64,000 nucleotides of DNA from Myxococcota bacterium (GTDB lineage: Bacteria > Myxococcota_A > UBA9042 > PHBI01 > JAWLBL01): assembly GCA_041687695.1 (NCBI GenBank), contig JAWLBL010000005.1, forward strand, positions 100,382-164,381, given 5' to 3'. Within the stretch, counting starts at the first letter, position 1, and each line of letters opens with the position of its first letter. The notes under the pieces are model-generated. The model did no database searches. It was not told the origin of the DNA and worked only from the letters and a program-made list of their open reading frames with translations. A program made the translations under genes and the position numbers. Of the stretch, positions 13,584 through 21,015 are shown in pieces.

Positions 13584-15635
13584 CTAGAGGGTGAAGGGCT
13601 CGCTGGTGAGGGTATAGGCCTCGGGGCGCTGGCCCTCGACGACGAAGCGGAAGGTGCCGGTCGGCTGCCCGCCCAGCGGCGGCACCGAGAACAGGGCCGG
13701 CAGGCGCGCCGTGTAGGTGAAGGTGCGCGGCTCGGCCTTGAACCCGCCGTACTTCGGGTCGACCGACAGGGTGACGTCGATCTCGGGGCCGTCGCTGGTC
13801 AGGCGCGCCCCGTTGTCGCGCAGGACGGGCTGCCAGTCGCCGTCAACCTCTTGCTCGAGGGCGACGACCGCAGGGTCGACCGCCGGATCGCCGCCGACCC
13901 AGCGCACGACCCGCAGCCCGCCGTCCGAGGTCGGCTGCTCGGTGATGGCCGGCTCGCCCAGCGCCTGCTCGGTCACCCAGTCGGTGTGCTTGGCGGGGCC
14001 GGTCCAGTGGCTCTCGAGGACCGGGAAGTCGTAGGTGGCCGAGGGGTCGAGGACGCGCTCGGCCACCGCCACGCCGCGCGCGACGAGGTAGTCCATGAAG
14101 CCGGGGCCGAAGATCATCGAGGCCGCCTCGTAGCCGCCGAACCAGAAGTCGTCCGGGTGGACGATGTAGGCCAGGTAGCCCTGCGCGTAGCCCAGGATGA
14201 AGACGTCGTCGAAGCCGGTGGCGGCCTGGACGGCGTCGCGCAGGCCGGTGCCGACCTGGGTCGTGGGCTCGCCGGGGATGGTGACCAGCATCAGGTCGCC
14301 GATGCGCGCGGCGCTGACGAGGGCGCGGTCGACGGCGCCGTCCTCGGGCAGGCCCAGGCAGTTGATGCTGGTGAAGGGCTCGGCGTCGGGGCCGCAGCGG
14401 CCGTCGCTGGAGACGCAGTAGATGCCGCCGTAGGGGTACTCGTCGAAGACGCCGTCGGGGTTGGCCAGGGTGCCCGACAGCTCGGCGTGGACGGTGACGA
14501 CGCCGAGGTCCGGCTGGTCGCTCATCGGGAAGTCGTCCAGCGCGGGCGCGACGGCGTCGCCTGCGGCGGCGGCCAGCGCGTCGAGGCGGATGTAGTCGCC
14601 CTCGGGCTCGGTGCCCTGCTCGGTCGCGTAGGTCTCGCGCGTGTCGCTCGGGGACATGTCGCCGGCCCAGCTCTGGAAGTACATGACCGGCACGCCGGCG
14701 GGCAGGCGGGCCTCGATGCCGGTCTCGACGGCGCCCGGGGCGTCCGAGCTGAGCGTGTAGGCGCTGGCGCCGACGATGGTGCCGTGCATCGCGTAGTTCA
14801 CGACCAGGGCCAGCAGGTCGCCGTCGACCGACTCGACCTTGATGAGCCCCATGGTGTCGTCCTGGATGGGGCCGTTCTCGCAGCGGCGGTCGCTGTGCAG
14901 CGTGGCGACCTGGATCGCCTTGTGACCGACGCGGGCGGGGACGCTGTTGGCGTCGGCTTCGACGACCGCCTCGACCACGGCGTCGCTGATGCGCTTGAAC
15001 ATCTCGGGCGAGAACGTGTCGGCGGCGATGTTGCCAATGAAGTGATCGATGAAGCGGCCCGGGCCCGAGTGGGTGTGGGTGGCCGAGAGGACGACGCCCT
15101 CGGCCAGATCGGGGCGGCCCAGGGCGACGAGCCGCGCGCGGACGTCTTCGACCGTGTTCATCCAGATGCCGACGAGATCGAGGCGCGCGAGGACGACCGC
15201 CTTGCCGGCCCGGCGCAGGACCAGCGCCTTGACGGTGAGATCGGTGTGCTTGCGGTTGGTCGCCGGGAAGGCGTCGGCGAAGCGGCTGGACGGGGCGTTC
15301 GCGCCGAAGCTGGGGCCGAAGCCGGCCGTGGGCGCGCCGATCGGGGCGCGCAGCGAGCGGACGGCGGCGCCCGCGAAGAGCGTGTCGGTCACCGGCGGGA
15401 TGTCCCCGGTGGCGACGTCGGCGGCGTCGGGCGCGGCGTCGGGCGCCGGGCCCTCGTCGGGGGTCGCGTCGGGCTCGGCGTCGGACTCTTTGACGTCGGT
15501 CGCGGCGTCGCTGGTCGCGTCGGCGGTGGACTCGGGATCGTCGCCGCACGCGCCGAGGGCCGCGGCGAGGAGGAGCGCGCCAGCGGCGGCCGAGAGGAGG
15601 AGCGAGGGGGGGAGGCGGCGGTGTGCGGTCTTCAT
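13584..15635 (-). CDS. Neutral/alkaline ceramidase-like lipoprotein
   Basis: Lipobox ALGAC, D/A/P linker, SATHTHSGPG, NYAMHGT, GDMSP, IPGEPT and GGYEA motifs. Confidence 0.82.
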   Translation of the reverse strand: MKTAHRRLPPSLLLSAAAGALLLAAALGACGDDPESTADATSDAATDVKESDAEPDATPDEGPAPDAAPDAADVATGDIPPVTDTLFAGAAVRSLRAPIGAPTAGFGPSFGANAPSSRFADAFPATNRKHTDLTVKALVLRRAGKAVVLARLDLVGIWMNTVEDVRARLVALGRPDLAEGVVLSATHTHSGPGRFIDHFIGNIAADTFSPEMFKRISDAVVEAVVEADANSVPARVGHKAIQVATLHSDRRCENGPIQDDTMGLIKVESVDGDLLALVVNYAMHGTIVGASAYTLSSDAPGAVETGIEARLPAGVPVMYFQSWAGDMSPSDTRETYATEQGTEPEGDYIRLDALAAAAGDAVAPALDDFPMSDQPDLGVVTVHAELSGTLANPDGVFDEYPYGGIYCVSSDGRCGPDAEPFTSINCLGLPEDGAVDRALVSAARIGDLMLVTIPGEPTTQVGTGLRDAVQAATGFDDVFILGYAQGYLAYIVHPDDFWFGGYEAASMIFGPGFMDYLVARGVAVAERVLDPSATYDFPVLESHWTGPAKHTDWVTEQALGEPAITEQPTSDGGLRVVRWVGGDPAVDPAVVALEQEVDGDWQPVLRDNGARLTSDGPEIDVTLSVDPKYGGFKAEPRTFTYTARLPALFSVPPLGGQPTGTFRFVVEGQRPEAYTLTSEPFTL

Positions 15636-15841
15636 GGCGCGGAACTTTGGCCCGCGGAGCCCCGCCGACGCAAGGACGACCCGCGCGTGGCGGGCGCTTC
15701 GGCGGCTCGACGAGGCTCCCGCGGCGCGGCACGCGAGGGCCGGTGAGCCGATGTTCACCCGCCGAGGCGTTGACCTGGGGACCTCCTGCGGCTTGAATGG
15801 GCGCCCCTCAGACCCCCTAGAGACCGACCGAGGAGCCCCGA

Positions 15842-18340
15842 ATGGCCCATCTCGTCGTCGCCCGCGAGGCGCTCGACCGGTTCGTCGCCGAGCTGCCCGC
15901 CGCGGGCGTGCTGGCCGACCGCCTCCGCCGCATCGCCGAGACCACCCGCGCCCTCATCGAGCAGGCCCTGGCCTCGCCCGATCACCAGGCCGCGTGGATA
16001 GACCACAACCTGGCGACGTTGATCGCCGGCGGCATGGACGAGGACGCGACGCGTCCGGCGGCGGCGACGCTGTTCCTGGGCGTCCGGCGGCGGCTCAGCG
16101 CCGCGCTCGAGGCCGATCCCGACGACCTGGCGACGGCGCTGGCGCTGGCGTTGGGCGCGCGAGAAGGCCTGGACGACCCGCGCATCGCCGAGGACGTGGC
16201 GATGGTGGCCAGGGCGCTGGGGCGTCCGCAGGCGGGGCCGCGCCTGGTGGCGGCCGCGGTGGGGCTGGTGGTCGCGGCCGGCGAGGCCAGCGACAAGGCC
16301 GTGGCGCAGGCGGCGGCCGGCGTGCTGGGCGTCGTGCAGAGCGCGGCGCAGGCGACGGCGCGGCGGCTGCCGGACCACCCGGACGCGGCGCTCGAGGTGG
16401 TCAAGCTCGAGCTGATGAGCGCGCGGGCGGCCGAGGGCAGCGAGCGGGCGCGGGCGCTGGACCGGGTGCACGGCCTGCTGGGCGACCACGAGCGGCGGTT
16501 CGGGCCGACGGCCGCGGCGCGCAAGCTGCTGGCCGAGGTGCTGGCGCTGCGGGCGCGGGCGTCGGCGGCCGGCGACGACATCCGGCGCGAGGCGGTGCAG
16601 CTCATCGAGGCGGGCGCGCGCGACCGGAGCCTGGCGCCGCAGCAGGCGCGCAAGCTGGTGCGGGCCATCGAGCGGGCCGGGGCGCTCGACCGCGACACGG
16701 CGGCGCACCTGACGCAGGTGGTCGAGACGCACGCGGGCGAGGACCTGGGCGCCTGGCGCGAGGTGCTGGCCGTCCTGCTCGAGAGCTCGGGCGAGGAGGG
16801 GGCGCTGCTGAACCTGTGGGAGCGGACGCTGCAGGACGACCCGAAGAGCGCCGACGCGGCGCGCGGGCTGTTCCAGCGGCTGGTGCGCAACCTGCGGGCG
16901 GGGCTGGCGACGCCGTACGAGAGCGGGGTGCTCGACCGCGTGCTCGAGGCGGTCCCGTACGGGGCGATGGCCAAGCTCGGGGCGCAGGACGTCGATCTGC
17001 TGATCGGGCGGCTGCGCGAGACGTTCGGGACGGCGCGGGCGGCGGCGTTCGTGCGCGACCGCCTGCTGGCCACGCGGGACCTGCGGGGGCGCGAGCCGCT
17101 GTGGGGGCGCGCGCTGGATCTGTTCGAGGAGCTGGGCGACGAGGGCGAGCTGCTGGAGGCGGCGCGGCTGGCGACGAAGCACGCCGACAGCGCGCGCGGC
17201 CGGCTGACGGTGGCCCGCAAGCTGCTGGACCGGGGCGAGGGGCTGGACGAGGCGGCCGAGGCGCTGCGGCCGCTGCTGAGCGCCAAGGGTCAGGCGGCCT
17301 CCGAGGCGCACGCCCTGAGCCAGCGCATCGGGCAGCACCCGGCGCTGCGGGACGCGCGCAAGGGCGCGCTGCTGAGCTTCGAGGACCGGCTGGGGATCGG
17401 GACGGCCAAGAAGTTCAAGCTGCGCATCGTGTTCACCAGCCGCGGGTGGGTGCTGGCCGAGGTCGTGGACCAGCCGGCGCCGGACTTCTACGAGCACAAG
17501 CACCTGCGGGTCATGGTGCGCGCCGAGGACCTGCCGCAGGGGGTGTCGCCGACGGATCTGCGCAAGGGCGACCACCTGATGGCGCCGGTGCGCGGGACGG
17601 ACGCCGACCCCAGCAAGGACAAGGAGGGGCTGCGTGTGTACTGGGTCGCCGACGCCAGCGCCGTGTCGCTGGAGATCGACCCGAAGAACCTGGCCAAGCG
17701 CTGGGACAAGGAGGAGGCGGCGTTCGGCATCGGGCAGGACAAGCTGGTCCCGCTGAAGGTGTGGTGGGACACGCGGCGCAAGCGGCTGGCGGCGCGGCTG
17801 CTGAGCGAGGGCGGCGGGCGCGAGTTCCAGGAGCGGCCCGAGGTGGCGCCCGAGCAGCTGCCCGAGGGGGTGGACGCCGAGCGGCTGGGCAAGGGGCGGC
17901 GGTTCTGGGGGCGGGTCGAGCGCACCGGCGAAGACGCCGAGGGGCGGCGCGGCTATCGGGTCGCGGGCAAGCTCGAGACGTCGGCGCCGGCGGCCGAGGC
18001 TGCGCCGGAGCATCCGACGCCGACGGAGATCGCCGAGGACGAGAGCGGCGCGCCGCTGCCGGACCAGCCGACGCCGGTGCCCGGCCCGCAGGCGGGCGAC
18101 GCGCGGCGCCCGGACGAGGCGCAGGACGAGAGCGGCGCGACGCTGGAGCGCGAGGAGCCGGCGGCGAAGGCGGGGGGCGGGGCGCCCGAGCATCCGCTGC
18201 CGACGGAGATCGCCGAGGACGAGAGCGGGGCGCCGCTGCCGGGGGAGCCGACGCCGGTGCCCGGGCCGCAGGCGGGTGACGCCAAGCTGCCGGACGTGCC
18301 GCAGGACGAGAGCGGGGCCCCGCTCGAGGAGACCCGGTGA
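15842..18340 (+). CDS. Hypothetical protein: helical N-terminus, possible OB/S1-like C-terminal domains, acidic repeat tail
   Basis: ATG after a GAGGAG RBS; 832 aa with protein-like composition; duplicated acidic C-terminal repeat. Confidence 0.75.
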   Translation: MAHLVVAREALDRFVAELPAAGVLADRLRRIAETTRALIEQALASPDHQAAWIDHNLATLIAGGMDEDATRPAAATLFLGVRRRLSAALEADPDDLATALALALGAREGLDDPRIAEDVAMVARALGRPQAGPRLVAAAVGLVVAAGEASDKAVAQAAAGVLGVVQSAAQATARRLPDHPDAALEVVKLELMSARAAEGSERARALDRVHGLLGDHERRFGPTAAARKLLAEVLALRARASAAGDDIRREAVQLIEAGARDRSLAPQQARKLVRAIERAGALDRDTAAHLTQVVETHAGEDLGAWREVLAVLLESSGEEGALLNLWERTLQDDPKSADAARGLFQRLVRNLRAGLATPYESGVLDRVLEAVPYGAMAKLGAQDVDLLIGRLRETFGTARAAAFVRDRLLATRDLRGREPLWGRALDLFEELGDEGELLEAARLATKHADSARGRLTVARKLLDRGEGLDEAAEALRPLLSAKGQAASEAHALSQRIGQHPALRDARKGALLSFEDRLGIGTAKKFKLRIVFTSRGWVLAEVVDQPAPDFYEHKHLRVMVRAEDLPQGVSPTDLRKGDHLMAPVRGTDADPSKDKEGLRVYWVADASAVSLEIDPKNLAKRWDKEEAAFGIGQDKLVPLKVWWDTRRKRLAARLLSEGGGREFQERPEVAPEQLPEGVDAERLGKGRRFWGRVERTGEDAEGRRGYRVAGKLETSAPAAEAAPEHPTPTEIAEDESGAPLPDQPTPVPGPQAGDARRPDEAQDESGATLEREEPAAKAGGGAPEHPLPTEIAEDESGAPLPGEPTPVPGPQAGDAKLPDVPQDESGAPLEETR
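18002..18328 (+). repeat. Two-copy coding direct repeat (about 147 bp, 180 bp period)
   Basis: 18002-18148 and 18182-18328 both encode PEHPxPTEIAEDESGAPLPxxPTPVPGPQAGDAxxPDxxQDESGAxLE. Confidence 0.9.
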
Positions 18341-18870
18341 TGGTAGCGGCGGGCGGGTTCGAGCGGCTGATCGTAGAGACGACCGGGCCGGCCGCGGGGG
18401 CGCTGACCCCGGGGGCGGTGCTCTTGGCGTTGGCCACGGGGGCTGGGGTCAAGGCCGAGGAGGTCGGCGCGCTCGAGCCGGTGGGGCGCGGGCGGGCGCT
18501 GGTCGAGGTGGCGCAGGCGCGGGCGGCGCGGGTCGGGACGCCGCGGCTGCTGCCGGTCGCGGCGGCGGGCGGGACGGCGGTGCTGGCGCTGCGGCGACCG
18601 GACGATCCGCCGGCCGAGGAGCCGCTCGAGGTGACGCTGCGGTGGGAGGACGGGGGGCCGGCGCCGGCGCCCGGGGCCCTGGCCGCGGCGATCGCCCAGG
18701 CGACGCAGGGCCGGGTGGACGCCGAGCTGATGGGCTGGGCGCTGCCGGCGAGCGGGTGGATGCGGCTGTCTCTGCCCGAGCGGGCGCTGTTGGGCGAGGG
18801 GCTGCCGGAGCGGCTCGAGGTGGCCGGTCGCACGCTCCTGGTCGAGCACGACGGAAAAAAAAAGCCCTGA
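18337..18870 (+). CDS. Small protein with two putative DbpA-type RNA-binding domains
   Basis: GTGA overlap with the upstream stop. Segments LTPGAVLLALATGAGVKAEEVGALE..GRALVEV and APGALAAAIAQA...LEVAGRTLLVE resemble the DbpA RBD pattern. Confidence 0.55.
   Translation: MMVAAGGFERLIVETTGPAAGALTPGAVLLALATGAGVKAEEVGALEPVGRGRALVEVAQARAARVGTPRLLPVAAAGGTAVLALRRPDDPPAEEPLEVTLRWEDGGPAPAPGALAAAIAQATQGRVDAELMGWALPASGWMRLSLPERALLGEGLPERLEVAGRTLLVEHDGKKKP
18855..18864 (+). other. A9 run containing an A-AAA-AAG slippery heptamer at an ORF junction
   Basis: GGA AAA AAA AAG CCC TGA in the upstream frame; the downstream ORF is open in the -1 frame. Confidence 0.5.
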
Positions 18871-20876
18871 GATCGCCGGCCGAGGCCCTGGAGTTGGCCG
18901 CCGAGCGGCTGCGGGGCCAGCTGGACGCCGGGACGGTGGACCGGCAGGCGGGCGCGCGCGGGCTGGCGCGGCTGGGGCGGGCGCTGCTGCGGCGCAGCCC
19001 GGGTGACGCGGAGCTGGTGCGGGCGTTCCAGGTGCTGCGGGGGCGGGCGTTCGACCCGCCGCGGCCGCTGGCGCTGCCGTCGGGGTCGTGGCGCGCCGTG
19101 TGGGACGCGTTGGCGGCGCTGGAGGCCGACGAGCGGGCGACCCTGGCGGGGACGCTGATGACCCTGCCCGACCCGGCGGGCGACCCGGCGGGCGCGCTGG
19201 CCGTGATGGAGCTGCTGGCGACGGTGCCCGAGCAGCACGACCGCGCCCGGGCGCTGCTCGATCGGCTGGAGGGCCACGTCCCCGAGGCGCGGCTCCGGCT
19301 CTGGTCCTTCCGCCTGGCGCTGCCTCAGACCCATGGCGCCGAGGCGCTCGACGCCGCGCTGGCGCCCGTCCTGGCGGCCGCCGACAGCGACCCCACGGCG
19401 GCGGCGACGGCGCTGCGCCTGGCCGCGTCCGCGTGGCTGGACGACCACCTCGACGAGCACCACGGCTGGCTGGTCCCCGTGTTGGGCGGGCGCCACGTGC
19501 CAAACGCGGCGCTCGCGGCCCGGCGCCGCCCGGCCCTGCGTGACCGCCTGGCCCCGGCCTACCGCTGGCTCGGCCAGGCCGAGACCCTCGAGCCGGCCGC
19601 CGACGAGGCCACCCTCGACGGGCTGCTGCTCGCGGCGGCCTCGCACGACCGCGCCGGCCGCGTCGCCGACGCCACGGCCGCCCTCGAGCAGGCCCTGACG
19701 CGGTCCGGCGACCGCCCCGACCTCGCCGAAGCCCTGGTCGCCCGCGGCCAGCTGCTGCTGTCGGCCGACCTCGTCGAGCGCGCCGCCGCCCGGGCCGCGC
19801 TGCCGGTCGATCCCGCGATGCGCGCCGACCTCATCGCGACCGCGCGCCGTCCGGTCGACCCGCCGCCCCGCGACCCCATCGAGCCGCCGCGCGTCGGCTG
19901 GTCCCACCGCGTGGCGGAGCTGGGCGGCGACGGCGGCGCCCGCGACGAGAGCGATCTGGCCTTCCTCGAGGCCGCCGGCTCACGCGCCCGCGCCGCCGCC
20001 GGCTGGCTCCGACGCGACGACGATCTGGCCCTGCTGCACGCCTTCCGCCTGCGCGACGCCCTCGACGAGGACGGCCTGGGGAGCCTCATCGGCAAGCTGC
20101 GCGCCCGCGTGCCCGACGACGAGGACGTCCTGTCCGACGACGCGACGACCCGCGAGCTGGCCGCCGCGCTGCTGGCCCTGACGCCCGACGGCCTGTCGCG
20201 CGCCCTCCAGTCGGTCCGCCTGCGCGCGGCCGGCGGGGCCCCGGTCCCCCCGCGCCCCCCCTCCGAACCCGAGGGCGCCCCCGAGGACCCGCACAGCCCC
20301 GAGAGCCGCCTCGCCGCCGCGACCGACCTGACCCTGGCCGGCCGCCACGACGCCGCCGCGGCCATCCTGACCGCGCTGCTGAAGCGCACCCCCGAGGCCG
20401 GCGCCCACGTCGAGGGCCCCTTCCTGGCCCGCCTCTTGGACGCGACGGCCACCCTGCTCGCCGAGGAGCGCCCCCCCGAGGCCCTGGTCGCCGTCACCGG
20501 CAAGGCCCTGGCCAGCGATCTCCCCTGGCGTGACCGCCTCCTGGATCTGTTGGCCGCCCGCCCGCTGGCGGCCTACGCCGTGCACGAGCCGCTCGCGCGC
20601 CTGGGCCTGGACACCCACCAGCCCGACCCGCAGCGCGTGCGCGGCCTGGCCGCCTGGCTGGCCATCTGGCGCGCCAGCGACACGCCGCCCGACCCGGTCA
20701 CGCTGCGCGACTTCATGCGCGCCGACGCGACCCTGGTCGCCCTCGCCGCGCGCCGCCTCGCGACCGCCCCCGACCCGGTGGGCGACGCCGCGCGCCTCGT
20801 CGCCCAGCACCCGCCGCTCGAGGCCTCGGCCGCCGACTGGGCCCAGGTCATCGCCGCCGCCAGCCGCCCAGGCTGA
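18867..20876 (+). CDS. Hypothetical helical-repeat (TPR-like) protein; start uncertain (CTG coupling or -1 frameshift fusion)
   Basis: The frame becomes protein-like exactly after the A run (LRSPAEALELAAERLRGQL...). No ATG near the junction. Confidence 0.65.
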   Translation: MRSPAEALELAAERLRGQLDAGTVDRQAGARGLARLGRALLRRSPGDAELVRAFQVLRGRAFDPPRPLALPSGSWRAVWDALAALEADERATLAGTLMTLPDPAGDPAGALAVMELLATVPEQHDRARALLDRLEGHVPEARLRLWSFRLALPQTHGAEALDAALAPVLAAADSDPTAAATALRLAASAWLDDHLDEHHGWLVPVLGGRHVPNAALAARRRPALRDRLAPAYRWLGQAETLEPAADEATLDGLLLAAASHDRAGRVADATAALEQALTRSGDRPDLAEALVARGQLLLSADLVERAAARAALPVDPAMRADLIATARRPVDPPPRDPIEPPRVGWSHRVAELGGDGGARDESDLAFLEAAGSRARAAAGWLRRDDDLALLHAFRLRDALDEDGLGSLIGKLRARVPDDEDVLSDDATTRELAAALLALTPDGLSRALQSVRLRAAGGAPVPPRPPSEPEGAPEDPHSPESRLAAATDLTLAGRHDAAAAILTALLKRTPEAGAHVEGPFLARLLDATATLLAEERPPEALVAVTGKALASDLPWRDRLLDLLAARPLAAYAVHEPLARLGLDTHQPDPQRVRGLAAWLAIWRASDTPPDPVTLRDFMRADATLVALAARRLATAPDPVGDAARLVAQHPPLEASAADWAQVIAAASRPG

Positions 20877-20907
20877 CCCCCGGCGGCCGCGCCGCCGCCG
20901 CTCCGAT

Positions 20908-20937
20908 TTCGACTCGGGCCCGGACCGGTGCTATAAG
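20908..20937 (+). promoter_or_regulatory. Putative sigma70-type promoter
   Basis: TTCGAC-N18-TATAAG with an extended -10 TG, in the intergenic gap before the permease. Confidence 0.45.
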
Positions 20938-21015
20938 CGCGCCCGCTCGGGGACGAATTCGGCCGCACCGTCCGTTCCCCCCCGGGCCCCGCGCTCCACC
21001 CGGAGGGACACCCCC

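Noticed and set aside
15770..15798. TTGACC-N17-TTGAAT promoter candidate for the three-ORF operon
   Set aside because: The -10 element lacks the conserved second-position A, so it is too weak to call.
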